Source: Theionarchaea archaeon (GTDB lineage: Archaea > Methanobacteriota_B > Thermococci > Methanofastidiosales > SZ-28-30). From it: a stretch of DNA of 64,000 nt. Shown one piece after another: positions 27,934 to 38,387 of the stretch. The first letter of the stretch is position 1, and each line of letters starts with the position of its first letter. A program made the translations under genes and the position numbers. The stretch lies in NCBI GenBank assembly GCA_018992685.1, contig JACVGT010000018.1, positions 96,001-160,000 of the forward strand, read 5' to 3'. The notes beneath the pieces are model-generated. The model saw nothing but the letters and a program-made list of their open reading frames with translations, had not been told where the DNA came from and made no database searches.

Positions 27934-29514
27934 ATGTCTCTAACCAAGATTAACGCCACAGCAGCAACTCTGACCAAGAACAGAACAGAGGGGTCAATTA
28001 ATCAGCTCAGTGGAATGTGTGTTACCTGTGTTGACGGATGCGTGGGTATGTGTGAAATCGGAAAATCAGCGTACCGGGGACACGAGATAATTTATCCACA
28101 ACCTTTCGGTATCATCACGTCCGGAAGCGAAAAGCTCTATCCTGTTGACCTATCCCACTTCACCATCCTCGGTGGCGTCGTGGGTGCATGGGGAATCGAG
28201 ACTGACAGTGATAAGGCGCTCTTCTCCAATGTGAAACTGGAAACCTCGATTGGAAAAGAGAAAGACATCAAGCTGAGAATGCCCGCCATCATCCCCGGAC
28301 TTGGCTCCACAGCTATTGCCAAGAATAACTGGGAAGGGCTGGCTGTAGGTGCTGCACTCACCGGCATCCCTCTGACCATCGGAGAGAATGTGTGTGGAAT
28401 GGACGCTGGATCTGAGATTGTCGATGGAAAGATAAAGCACTCGCCAGATCTGGAATGGAGAGTCAAACTGTACAAGAAATGGCAGAGAAAAGGGTATGGT
28501 GCCATTATAGTACAGGCCAATGTGGAGGACAGCAACCTGGGCGTCCATGAGTATGCCATATCAGAACTGGATGCAGATGCTGTTGAACTCAAGTGGGGCC
28601 AGGGAGCCAAGAACATTGGCGGTGAGGTCAAGCTCAAGACCCTTGAGAGAGCACAACTTCTCAAATCCAGAGGATATGTGGTGCTTCCTGATCCTACAAA
28701 CCCGGCAGTGATCGAGGCCTTCAAGAAAGGAGGCTTCAAAGAGTTTGAACGGCACTCTCGAGTGGGTATGGTATCAGAAGAAGCCTTCATGAAAAGGATA
28801 AAGGAATTGCGAGACTACGGCGCAAAGCACGTCTTTCTGAAGACTGGTGCCTACAGACCAATGGATCTTGCCCGCGCTCTGAAATTCGCGTCCAAGGCAG
28901 AACTGGATCTTCTGACAGTTGATGCTGCGGGCGGAGGAACCGGCATGTCGCCCTGGAGAATGATGAATGAGTGGGGAGTTCCAGAAGTGGAATTACACTC
29001 ACTGTTGTACCAGTACGCAGACAAGCTGGCCAAGAAGGGCAAGTACGTCCCGGACATTGCCATTGCTGGAGGGTTTGCCTTTGAAGACCAGATGTTCAAG
29101 GGGCTGGCAATGGGCGCACCATATGTCAAATTGATTGGCATGGCACGAGCACCACTTGCTGCAGCCATGGTGGGAAAGACCATAGGAAAGAAGATCAACG
29201 AAGGAATGGTCCCTGTCTACATTGAACGGTTCGGAACTTCCAAGGAAGAGATCTTTGTTACTGCCCCCGATTTGAAGAGGGATCTGGGGAAGGACTTTGA
29301 TGAGCTTCCCACAGGTGCTATGGGTCTGTACACCTATATGGAACGACTGCACCAGGGTCTGAGGCAGATCATGGCAGGGTCACGCAAGTTCGCACTGGAG
29401 TACATCAGCAGAGACGATATTGCAGCCCTCACCCATGAGGCAGCTGACATCAGTGGCATTTCATACATCATGGACTGTGACAAAGAAGAAGCTGAAAAGA
29501 TACTCAATTCCTGA
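27934..29514 (+). CDS. FMN-binding glutamate synthase family (GltB2-like) protein
   Basis: TIGEN, ELKWGQGAK.IGGE, LKTG, TVDAAGGGTG, AIAGG, GMAR; N-terminal CVTCVDGCVGMC; no glutamine amidotransferase domain. Confidence 0.85.
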   Translation: MSLTKINATAATLTKNRTEGSINQLSGMCVTCVDGCVGMCEIGKSAYRGHEIIYPQPFGIITSGSEKLYPVDLSHFTILGGVVGAWGIETDSDKALFSNVKLETSIGKEKDIKLRMPAIIPGLGSTAIAKNNWEGLAVGAALTGIPLTIGENVCGMDAGSEIVDGKIKHSPDLEWRVKLYKKWQRKGYGAIIVQANVEDSNLGVHEYAISELDADAVELKWGQGAKNIGGEVKLKTLERAQLLKSRGYVVLPDPTNPAVIEAFKKGGFKEFERHSRVGMVSEEAFMKRIKELRDYGAKHVFLKTGAYRPMDLARALKFASKAELDLLTVDAAGGGTGMSPWRMMNEWGVPEVELHSLLYQYADKLAKKGKYVPDIAIAGGFAFEDQMFKGLAMGAPYVKLIGMARAPLAAAMVGKTIGKKINEGMVPVYIERFGTSKEEIFVTAPDLKRDLGKDFDELPTGAMGLYTYMERLHQGLRQIMAGSRKFALEYISRDDIAALTHEAADISGISYIMDCDKEEAEKILNS

Positions 29515-29519
29515 GTAAT

Positions 29520-29568
29520 CTTCTACTTTTTCCCCTTTTTTTTAAATATTCTCCTCTTTCTGTTTTCA
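29520..29568 (+). terminator. Archaeal oligo-T terminator
   Basis: CTTTTTCCCCTTTTTTTT tract right after the stop codon. Confidence 0.55.
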
Positions 29569-29708
29569 ACTGCCCCAACTGATCACCATAGCCATTCTCA
29601 TGCAGTGTACACTAGGTACATACGCCATATGGCAAAATCCCTCACTGACATCACAACCTATTTAAAACTGCACGAAGAACGTATGTAAAAAGACTTGAGG
29701 AATGGCCT

Positions 29709-30953
29709 ATGGAATTCTCGCTAACTCAAATGGTTCAACAACAAGTGGAGAAAGCATTTAACTGTGCAACCATCCCCGAGTATGTTCAAAAAATACTAAA
29801 GTGTCCCAAACTGGTGCTGGAAGTGAATTTCCCAGTCAAAATGGACGACGGCAGCTACAAGTGTTTCAAAGGGTTCCGCTGCCAATATGACAATGCTTTG
29901 GGCCCCACCAAAGGGGGCGTGAGATACCATCCTGGAGTGACCAGAGAAGAGGTGGAGGCACTGGCTGCCTGGATGACCTGGAAATGTGCGCTGGCTGACC
30001 TGCCCTACGGGGGAGCAAAAGGGGGAGTGGTGTGCGATCCCTTGGAACTGTCAGAATCTGAACTGGAGCGATTGACCAGGCGATTCACTGCTGAAATCAT
30101 GCCCATCTTGAGCCCTCATTCAGATATTCCTGCCCCCGATGTGTTCACCACCTCAAAGACAATGGCCTGGATGATGGATACCTTTAGCATGTTTAAAGGG
30201 TATACTGAGCCCGCCATTGTCACTGGAAAGCCTGAGGCTCTTGGAGGGTCCCTCGGGCGGAAAGAAGCAACAGGACATGGCGTGGCAATTACCACCCGGG
30301 AGCTCTACAGGAACGTGGGAAAGTCACTGAAAGGCGCGACTGTGTCAATCCAGGGGTTCGGTAATGTGGGAACGTACTCTGCTCTCTTTCTGGAGGAGAT
30401 GGGCGCCAAAATCGTGGCAGTGTCAGACTCATCAGGGGGCGTTATCGACAAGGATGGACTCAACTTAAAGGAACTTCTAGAATGCATGGAAAAACACAAA
30501 TGCCTTGCAAAATATGAGAAATCAAAAATATGGCCCAGAGATGACATCCTATATCAGGACGTGGATATTCTGATCCCAGCTGCTCTGGAGAACCAAATCC
30601 GAAAGGACAACGTAGAACCTGTGAAGGCCAAGGTAATATCTGAGGGTGCAAATGGGCCCACGACTCCCGATGCAGACGAAGTGCTGGAGAAAAAGGGAGT
30701 CCTTGTGATCCCAGATATCCTGGCCAATGCCGGAGGCGTCATCGTCAGCCATCTAGAATGGGTTCAGGCACTCAGTGGTTTGCGGTGGGAAGAGAAAGAA
30801 ATCAATGACAGATTGGAGAAACGGCTGGTAACAGTGTTTGACAAAGTGTGGAAGAAAGCACAGGAAAAGAAAATATCTCTGAGAACTGCTGCCTATGTTG
30901 TTGCCATTGAAAGGATTGCTGAAGTCTATGGCTACAGGGGAGTGTTCCCCTAG
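29709..30953 (+). CDS. gdhA: Glutamate dehydrogenase (Glu/Leu/Phe/Val family)
   Basis: GPTKGGVRYHP, LPYGGAKGG, DIPAPD, VTGKP..LGGS.GR.EATG, QGFGNVG, EGANGP, PDILANAGGV. Confidence 0.95.
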   Translation: MEFSLTQMVQQQVEKAFNCATIPEYVQKILKCPKLVLEVNFPVKMDDGSYKCFKGFRCQYDNALGPTKGGVRYHPGVTREEVEALAAWMTWKCALADLPYGGAKGGVVCDPLELSESELERLTRRFTAEIMPILSPHSDIPAPDVFTTSKTMAWMMDTFSMFKGYTEPAIVTGKPEALGGSLGRKEATGHGVAITTRELYRNVGKSLKGATVSIQGFGNVGTYSALFLEEMGAKIVAVSDSSGGVIDKDGLNLKELLECMEKHKCLAKYEKSKIWPRDDILYQDVDILIPAALENQIRKDNVEPVKAKVISEGANGPTTPDADEVLEKKGVLVIPDILANAGGVIVSHLEWVQALSGLRWEEKEINDRLEKRLVTVFDKVWKKAQEKKISLRTAAYVVAIERIAEVYGYRGVFP

Positions 30954-30955
30954 CT

Positions 30956-30993
30956 CATTCTCATCCTTTTCTCTTTCCCTTTCTCCTTTCCTT
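30956..30993 (+). terminator. Pyrimidine-rich archaeal terminator
   Basis: Repeated CTTTT/CTTT tracts after gdhA stop. Confidence 0.45.
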
Positions 30994-31114
30994 AAAATCC
31001 CACCTGCAATTGGAGGCAGCGCGGGATAGTCAATAGGACATCTCAAGTCATGAAAGTTGGTGGATAATTCAAAAACCCTTTCCGAGAAGAAGTCGGGATT
31101 TCGATGACGTAGGT

Positions 31115-31987
31115 TCACTCTACCTGAAATCGCTCTTTGATCTCACTTGGATAGAGAAGAGAGAGGTATCTATCCAGCTCTTCAGCCACAACATAGGACA
31201 GGTAATGGTATTCCTCGAAGGCATAGGGCGGGCTCACTGCAATCGTCACCACCCTGGAATTGATGCGTATCCTGTTCAGCACACGCATGAATCTGTCAAT
31301 TGTTATCCAGGGAACGATCTCGCCCTGGTTATAGAAATAGTCCGGATATCTGTCGATGTCCAATGCGTTGATGAAATAATCTGTATCGACATCCAGAAGG
31401 ACCTCCTTCTCAAAGTGAGGTAGCATTCCTAAGGTGACAAAGTGGACGCGTGTCTCAGTTTTTTCGTACATATCAAGGGTGAGGAGAGGAGGAGCCACCT
31501 GGTGAACCTGCATTAATGCACACACCACATGATCCTCTTCTTTTTCGCAGTCGCAGAATTTCACATATTTGTAGAAAGTTCGGGGTTCTCCATTGCTGAT
31601 AAAAGTCTCCACAGAGTCAAATCGCTCACGCCAGTACCGGTAATCAGGCACGACCCACCAGATTTCTGTGACCAGCCCTTCGCCAACTGCTGCTGAAATA
31701 AAAGTGGCATTGGTCACACCTTCCACCTTGTCCGGACCTCGTTCACAGGTAGCCAGCCACAGATCATAGTAATCCCCTACCATGCAGTCCATGTCACTGT
31801 GTGCGTCAAAATGAACGAGTGTCATGCCATTCTGAATCAACCCTCTCTCCCGGGCAATCCTCCAGTAAAGGTAAGCATCTTTGTGATTAGCAGAATGAGC
31901 TATCATATAAGGGTTAGAAGTAAAGAGTGTGCACTGAACTTGAGATGCCAGAACAACGATGAGTAAAATGGCAAGAACCCTTTTCAT
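31115..31987 (-). CDS. UPF0489-like (arginase/HDAC-fold) protein with N-terminal signal peptide
   Basis: NHKDAY..W, LVHFDAHSD, NATFI, LLDVDTDYF, TIAVSPPY; start MKRVLAILLIVVLAS. Confidence 0.7.
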   Translation of the reverse strand: MKRVLAILLIVVLASQVQCTLFTSNPYMIAHSANHKDAYLYWRIARERGLIQNGMTLVHFDAHSDMDCMVGDYYDLWLATCERGPDKVEGVTNATFISAAVGEGLVTEIWWVVPDYRYWRERFDSVETFISNGEPRTFYKYVKFCDCEKEEDHVVCALMQVHQVAPPLLTLDMYEKTETRVHFVTLGMLPHFEKEVLLDVDTDYFINALDIDRYPDYFYNQGEIVPWITIDRFMRVLNRIRINSRVVTIAVSPPYAFEEYHYLSYVVAEELDRYLSLLYPSEIKERFQVE

Positions 31988-32128
31988 AAACTCACATGTG
32001 CCATTTGAATAAAAGGCTTTCCACATTTCTGAGAGAGATATGGGTTCCAGTCTTCCTCAACTGTGAAATCTCTCTTTGAATACCATTCAGTTCGAAATCC
32101 TTAAGAACTTGGAGAGCCTTTAAAGACT

Positions 32129-33229
32129 ATGAAATGGTCCTACAGAATTATCACCATATTTGGGATTCCTTTGAAGATGCATATTACCTTTCCTATGCTG
32201 ATCATTGCATATGCGGCCCTCTTCGGGTACCAATATGGAATCTGGGCAGCCCTCCGTGGGACTGTACTCATCAGTGCACTCTTTGTGTTCGTTGTGTTTC
32301 ATGAGCTGGCCCACTCAAAACAGGCTCAGAAGTATGGGGTTAAGGTAAGAGATGTCACACTGCTGCCGATCGGGGGAGTTTCCAACATGGAGAGCATGCC
32401 TTCAGAGCCAAGAGAAGAACTGAAGGTGGCTCTTGCTGGTCCTCTTACCAGTCTTGTCCTCGGATTTATCGTGCTGGGATTGAATTACCTGGCAGGCTAC
32501 CGCATTCTGGATTTCAGTCTTGAGAAAATCGCCACGAGCTGGGACTATATTCCTGTGTACCTGGGATGGATCAACATATTTCTGGCATTCTTTAATTTGC
32601 TGCCTGCTTTTCCCATGGACGGAGGGAGAGTGGTCAGGGCATACCTTGCTCAGAGGATGAACTATGCGAGAGCCACACGGGTGGCAGCCTCCATTGGTAA
32701 ACTGTTTGCCGTCCTTTTTGGAATTGCAGGGCTTCTGGTTAACCCCTTCCTCATCTTCATAGCCTTCTTCGTGTATCTGGGTGCCTCATCAGAAGAACAG
32801 GGGGCCATCGTGGGAGAGATTCTCAGGGATATGAAGGTAAAGAATGTGATGAACACACAGTGTGATACTGTCCCAGCAGAGACAACGCTGGCCCAAATTG
32901 TGGAAAGCATCTTTCATGGTTCGTGTGGGGGAGCTGTCCCGGTGACAGAGTATGGTACGTTCATTGGGGTGGCAACTCGAGACGACATTCTGTCTGCAAT
33001 CCACGAACATGGACTGGAAATCAACCTTGGGAGAATCGTGAGAAGAGACACTCCCTTCGTTAATGGTGACGAGTCATTGAACGAAGTATACGTGAAGATG
33101 CAGCAAAACCAGCGTAATGCTTTTGCAGTGGTCGAGCGAGGAGAACTGGTGGGCATAGTCACACTGGAAGACCTGGGAAGAGCCTACGCACTAAAGTCGG
33201 CCATACTATCCGGGAAGAACACTATGTAG
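32129..33229 (+). CDS. Site-2 protease (M50) with CBS pair
   Basis: HELAH, ALAGP, FNLLPAFPMDGGR, two CBS repeats. Confidence 0.95.
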   Translation: MKWSYRIITIFGIPLKMHITFPMLIIAYAALFGYQYGIWAALRGTVLISALFVFVVFHELAHSKQAQKYGVKVRDVTLLPIGGVSNMESMPSEPREELKVALAGPLTSLVLGFIVLGLNYLAGYRILDFSLEKIATSWDYIPVYLGWINIFLAFFNLLPAFPMDGGRVVRAYLAQRMNYARATRVAASIGKLFAVLFGIAGLLVNPFLIFIAFFVYLGASSEEQGAIVGEILRDMKVKNVMNTQCDTVPAETTLAQIVESIFHGSCGGAVPVTEYGTFIGVATRDDILSAIHEHGLEINLGRIVRRDTPFVNGDESLNEVYVKMQQNQRNAFAVVERGELVGIVTLEDLGRAYALKSAILSGKNTM

Positions 33230-33436
33230 TGCCTTCTTTCCCCCATTCCATTGAGGAAATTCGAAGTAGTGGGGTTTTTCCCAGTGTGGGTTGTTATCCT
33301 TTCCAACACTGGATATATCCCCGAATTCCTGTCAGGGAGTATCCTGACTTCCGCCCTCCGCTCTCGATGTACCAGGCTTTTATTTTTCCACTGCTCTCCC
33401 TCAAGAAATTATTACTTCTCTTCCCTCATTACTACA

Positions 33437-34501
33437 ATGGACCGGACAATTTCCCATGTGGACATGGATGCATTTTACGCATCCTGTCACATCAGAGAAA
33501 CTCCAGACCTGAAAGGAACACCCGTCATCATCGGAGGGGATCCTGAAAAAGGAAGAGGTGTGGTGACTACCTGTTCCTACGAAGCGCGAAAGTATGGAAT
33601 CCACTCTGCCATGCCCATTTCTACGGCTTACCAGCTGTGCCCTCATGGCACGTATCTTAGGCCCGACTTCCAACTGTACAAAAGCGTATCAGACAACATT
33701 ATGGGGATACTGGTCCAGTTTGCAGACATTTTTCAAAGGGCCGGAATTGATGAGGCGTACTTGGATGTCTCCCAGAAAATTACCCACTACCAAACGCCCT
33801 ACCACTTTGCGAAGGCAATACAGGACTCAATACTGACTCATGAACGCATAACGTGCTCTGTAGGGATTGCTCCCAATAAATCAGTTGCAAAGATCGCATC
33901 TGACTTCAGAAAGCCACATGGTATCACCGTCATACCTCCAGATGAAGTATTGTCATTTTTGAGGCCGTTGCCCGTTGAAAGAATCAGTGGAGTGGGAAAG
34001 AAAACGAAACAGATTCTGAACGATCACGGCATTGGAACCATTGGACAACTTGAAAAGATGGACGTGACTCAATTGGAGAGAATTCTTGGGAAACCCGGTG
34101 GGTGGCTGTGGATTGTGGCAAACGGAAAAGACGAGAGACCTGTAGGGTATAGAGGTTCTGTGAAATCTGTAGGGAAAGAGCATACCTTTACCAAAGACAC
34201 AAGAAATATTCAGGATATGTCCAATGCTATAGAATGGATAGCAGACCGGTTGGCCAGAAGACTTCACGTGAGGACCATGGAGTTCAAGACTGTGAGCATC
34301 AAAGTGAGACTCCGGGGATTTCGAACGTACACTCGCAGTAGGACATTGCCCTGTCACGTTGATACCAAAGAAGTAATCATTCTTGTGTCCAGCGAGTTAT
34401 TTCAGGAATTCCGGGGAGAATACGTTCGATTACTGGGAATCAGGCTAACGAACCTCAGAGCAACAACAACATATCAGGAGAATCTCCTGCAATGGTTCTA
34501 A
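33437..34501 (+). CDS. dinB: DNA polymerase IV (Y family)
   Basis: HVDMDAFYAS, SYEARKYGI.SAMP, GIDEAYLD, AKIASD..KP.G; C-terminal PIP-like QENLLQWF. Confidence 0.95.
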   Translation: MDRTISHVDMDAFYASCHIRETPDLKGTPVIIGGDPEKGRGVVTTCSYEARKYGIHSAMPISTAYQLCPHGTYLRPDFQLYKSVSDNIMGILVQFADIFQRAGIDEAYLDVSQKITHYQTPYHFAKAIQDSILTHERITCSVGIAPNKSVAKIASDFRKPHGITVIPPDEVLSFLRPLPVERISGVGKKTKQILNDHGIGTIGQLEKMDVTQLERILGKPGGWLWIVANGKDERPVGYRGSVKSVGKEHTFTKDTRNIQDMSNAIEWIADRLARRLHVRTMEFKTVSIKVRLRGFRTYTRSRTLPCHVDTKEVIILVSSELFQEFRGEYVRLLGIRLTNLRATTTYQENLLQWF

Positions 34502-34504
34502 AAC

Positions 34505-35431
34505 CTACTGCACAGACAAGACATAGACGTGCCTGTCCAGGCTCTTGTGAACATGGAGAATGAAATGTTCTCTCTCTTCATATCCAAGTCTTTCAAAATC
34601 ATAGGGGCGAGACAGCACAATGCACGCTTTCTTGGTAACATCCCGTATGGACTCAAATGCACTCTCGTACAACTGCTTCCGGGAAGAGGTAAGTCGAGAT
34701 GCTTTTCCGTAGGGCATGTCTGTGACTACTGACTCCACCTCCTGGAAGTGGTTGTGCAAACGGGTGGCGTCGCCCTGGAATATTCTATGAGTTCTAATCC
34801 CAAAGTGTTCTAGATTCGTCCGTGTTCCTGCTACCATATGTTCTGAAACATCCAGACCTTTCACCTCCAGTCCCATGAGCCCTGCTTCAATGAGAATTCC
34901 TCCTGTCCCACAAAAGGGATCCAGCACCTCACGGCTGCACCTTCCCAGGTTCACGAGGGTCCTGGCTATTCGGGGATGGACAGAAGAAGGATGGAAGTAC
35001 GGCCTGTAATGTGGCTTTCTTCCTTCATAGGAATAGGGAAAATCCATAACAGTCTGTCCCAGAAACCGTTTTCCTTTCTGCAAGATACAGTACACTTCCT
35101 GTTCTGGATTTTCGAGATCTACAGGAATTCTGCCGTACTCTTTCTGAAGATCATCTGCAATCTCCCTTTCCAGCTGTAACGTGTCTGCCTCAGAGAGGAG
35201 TTTCTTCACCCGCACCCTGAAGGGCTGCTTTGAAAGAGAGAAATCCACAGATAGAATCTTGTGAGTCATGGACAGTCTCGATAATCCAGGAAAAATCTCA
35301 GCCTCATAGATTGCCACCTGATGCTCAAGAAGGAGACACCTCCACGGGATGTGATAGGTCTCGAATAGGGCTCTCACCTCTGCCTCTGCCATTCCAGTAT
35401 GTTCTCCAGAAAGGTAAAACAGGAGCCTCAT
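34505..35431 (-). CDS. tRNA m2G10 methyltransferase (Trm11/TrmG10 family)
   Basis: LSGEH..AEAE N-terminus, RPYFHPSSVHPRIAR, LDPFCGTGGILIEA, TDMPYG. Confidence 0.88.
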   Translation of the reverse strand: MRLLFYLSGEHTGMAEAEVRALFETYHIPWRCLLLEHQVAIYEAEIFPGLSRLSMTHKILSVDFSLSKQPFRVRVKKLLSEADTLQLEREIADDLQKEYGRIPVDLENPEQEVYCILQKGKRFLGQTVMDFPYSYEGRKPHYRPYFHPSSVHPRIARTLVNLGRCSREVLDPFCGTGGILIEAGLMGLEVKGLDVSEHMVAGTRTNLEHFGIRTHRIFQGDATRLHNHFQEVESVVTDMPYGKASRLTSSRKQLYESAFESIRDVTKKACIVLSRPYDFERLGYEEREHFILHVHKSLDRHVYVLSVQ

Positions 35432-35756
35432 ACACCAGGATGGACGTGCACCATAAAAGCATTTCCTGACACACGGGCAGGACCACAGTCCTATTGCCCG
35501 CATTGCCATGACGCCATCCATCAGATGACCACTCCGCATGTCCCCCACTAGAGTCGAGACCTCAGGACAGATGATGCTGCAGTATCAGCATACTGTATCA
35601 CGGGCAGAATCTACCCACTTAAAATTCACCTTGCCTTAAGTCATCCTGTCTTTTGTTATAGGGCGACAAGAAACAGGACAAAAATCTTATGGAGACTATG
35701 TACCTACATCGGATAATTACCGATAAATTTTTAAGTTTGCCCCAGCGAGTTCGGCC

Positions 35757-37676
35757 ATGGGACAAGAACTGGAACTCGTCCAGGAACATAATTTGGAAGA
35801 CCTGGGTGTTGATTTTGAAACCACCCGGACTGTCCCTATACCTGATTTTCTGATTGACCAGGTTATTGGGCAGGAGCATGCTGTGGAACTTGTGAAGATA
35901 GCTGCTAAACAGAGACGAAATGTTCTCTTGATAGGTGATCCCGGCAATGGCAAGTCCATGCTGGGACAGGCGATGGCTGAACTGCTTCCTCGGGAAGAGC
36001 TCCAGGATGTAATTGCATATCCCAATTATGAAGATCCCAATACTCCCAGAATACGCACTGTACGTGCAGGAGAGGCACGCGAAATCGTGGAAAGAGACAG
36101 AGAAAGTGCAAAAAAACAGGAAGGGTCAAAATTCATCTTCTTTCTGCTCATGGGTGTAATTATAGCGTATCTGGTGATTCGTTCCAATTTAGAACCCAAC
36201 ACCATTTTGCTGGGCATTCTGATTATGATGTTGATGGTATTCTTGCTGCAGTCTGTGCGCAGCAAGGCATCAGTCATGGTTCCCAAAGTGCTGGTGGATA
36301 ATTCAGACAGAGAACATGCCCCGTTCGTGGATGCCACAGGTGCCCATGCTGGAGCACTCTTGGGTGATGTGAGACACGATCCCTTTCAAAGTGGCGGTCT
36401 GGGAACTCCTGCCCACGAGAGGGTTGAAGGCGGAATGATCCATAAGGCGCATAAAGGTGTGTTGTTCATTGATGAGATATCCACTCTCAAGGTGAACATG
36501 CAACAGGCGATCCTGACTGCCATGCAGGACAGGAAATTCGCCATCACAGGGCAGTCGGAAATGTCCTCTGGTGCCATGGTGCACACCAGTCCCGTCCCTT
36601 GCGATTTTGTGCTGGCGGCTGCAGGTAATCTGGAGACCGTGAACCAGATGCATCCTGCCCTGAGGTCCCGGATCAGAGGATATGGATATGAAATCTACAT
36701 GAATAATTCCATGCCGGATACGCCAGAGAATAGAAGGAAGATCGTTCAATTTGTGGCTCAAGAAGTCGTAAAAGACGGAAAGATTCCTCATTTTACAAAA
36801 GGAGCTGTCCTTGAGATCTTGAGAGAAAGCAGGAGAAAATCGGGCAGGAAGGGACATTTGACCTGCATATTCAGAGATCTGGGTGGACTGGTGAGGTCAG
36901 CAGGGGACCTGGCCCTGAAGAACGGTAAGAAATATGTTGATGCTGATGACATTGTGGGATCGAAGAAACTGGCCCGTACACTTGAACATCAAATAGCTGA
37001 TAGATACATAGAACAAAAGAAGGAATATCAGGTGATGCGGACAGCCGGGCTGCAGATCGGCCGAGTCAACGGGCTGGCAGTCATAGGACGATCGGGGGAA
37101 TCTGGCATTCTGACTCCCATTGAAGCAGAAACGCCTCCGGCCTCCAGTAGATCAGAAGGAAAAGTCATTGCCACCGGCAAACTGGGGAAGATTGCCAAAG
37201 AAGCAGTCGCCAATGTATCTGCCCTGATAAAGAAGTATGCCAAAAAGGACATGTCCCAATTTGATGTACACATTCAATTTCTGCAAACCTACGAAGGGGT
37301 GGAGGGAGATTCAGCCAGTGTATCCATTGCTACAGCAGTAGTATCTGCCTTGGAAGAATTGCCTGTAAAGCAGAATCTTGCCATGACTGGCTCATTGTCT
37401 GTACGAGGAGAAGTCTTGCCCATTGGTGCTGTGAATGCCAAGATTGAGGCAGCTATTGAGGCCGGGATTGAGAAAGTGTTGATACCTTATGCCAACCTTG
37501 GGGAAGTCATGTTGAGCCGAAGTAATCTGGAAAAAATCGAGATCATTCCTGTGAAAACACTGGGTGAAGTCATTGATCATGCCATGGTTGGTGAAGGAAA
37601 AGACGTCCTAGTGAAGAGAGTGAAAGCATCGATCAACCAGTTTGAGAATCACGTAGAGAGTCAGGCAGCGAACTAG
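35757..37676 (+). CDS. lonB: Archaeal membrane ATP-dependent protease LonB
   Basis: Walker A GDPGNGKS, TM insertion, FIDEI, HPALRSR, catalytic EGDSAS and NAKIEAA. Confidence 0.97.
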   Translation: MGQELELVQEHNLEDLGVDFETTRTVPIPDFLIDQVIGQEHAVELVKIAAKQRRNVLLIGDPGNGKSMLGQAMAELLPREELQDVIAYPNYEDPNTPRIRTVRAGEAREIVERDRESAKKQEGSKFIFFLLMGVIIAYLVIRSNLEPNTILLGILIMMLMVFLLQSVRSKASVMVPKVLVDNSDREHAPFVDATGAHAGALLGDVRHDPFQSGGLGTPAHERVEGGMIHKAHKGVLFIDEISTLKVNMQQAILTAMQDRKFAITGQSEMSSGAMVHTSPVPCDFVLAAAGNLETVNQMHPALRSRIRGYGYEIYMNNSMPDTPENRRKIVQFVAQEVVKDGKIPHFTKGAVLEILRESRRKSGRKGHLTCIFRDLGGLVRSAGDLALKNGKKYVDADDIVGSKKLARTLEHQIADRYIEQKKEYQVMRTAGLQIGRVNGLAVIGRSGESGILTPIEAETPPASSRSEGKVIATGKLGKIAKEAVANVSALIKKYAKKDMSQFDVHIQFLQTYEGVEGDSASVSIATAVVSALEELPVKQNLAMTGSLSVRGEVLPIGAVNAKIEAAIEAGIEKVLIPYANLGEVMLSRSNLEKIEIIPVKTLGEVIDHAMVGEGKDVLVKRVKASINQFENHVESQAAN

Positions 37677-37826
37677 AACCACCATCGCAGGGTCGAATTA
37701 CTATTCTGAATCACTTTTCCAATTCTTCCTTGTTCAATGAAATTGAGAACAGTTCATCTCGACAATACACTAACATGCCATTCAGGACTTGTCTGAGGAA
37801 AGAAAATAGGAAAAGAAAGAGAAGAC

Positions 37827-37991
37827 TTAGGTGCACTCTGATCCTGACGAAAGATCCCATTTCCTTTTCAGTGAGAATCTGGATGATCGTGATTTCTGGG
37901 TTGTGAACATTCTCCTTCTTTCAGAGTTCTCAATGGCCTCTTGCACTTTCTGCTTTCCCAGTTCATACAAGAACAATTCAGTTCCATTCAT
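37827..37991 (-). CDS. Putative 54-aa small protein (not in ORF track)
   Basis: SD GAGGTG before ATG; MNGTELFLYELGKQKVQEAIENSERRRMFTTQKSRSSRFSLKRKWDLSSGSECT; TTTATAAA upstream; T-rich tract after stop. Confidence 0.55.
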   Translation of the reverse strand: MNGTELFLYELGKQKVQEAIENSERRRMFTTQKSRSSRFSLKRKWDLSSGSECT

Positions 37992-38387
37992 TTTTCACAC
38001 CTCTTGAGATTGTTTTCCTATTCAGTATTTATGTGCTGTATCTGTTATTATTAACAATAAATGTATTTATAAACTTATCGGTTGTATGTTATTTTATAGT
38101 AGATGAGCCGAAATAGAAGTACTGAAAGAGAAATCGTCAATACCCCTGAAATGTCTGAAAGCTCCGATATGCGACCATCTTCCACCCATGGGGGAATCAC
38201 CCTCTCCAGACAATGAGGAACCAGCGAGCAAGATCCAGACAGTGGACCTGCAGTTCTTGGAGGCAGGCAGGAACTTCTATATATTGAACAAAATAATGAT
38301 CCCACCTAAGAGGAGTCAGCTCCGATAATAAAGAGATGATAACAATGATTTATCGGTTAATGGTCACGGTTTCAACTAAATCCGATT

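Noticed and set aside
28137-28790. Long antisense ORFs (217 aa here; also 7676-8302, 15459-16028, 36303-36857)
   Set aside because: They lie opposite well-supported genes and carry no motifs.
33251-33436. N-terminal extensions in the track for dinB (likewise trm11, hydD, fdhF, nuoF::gltD, radical SAM 44099)
   Set aside because: Family homology starts at downstream start codons supported by SD, TATA or stop/start overlaps.
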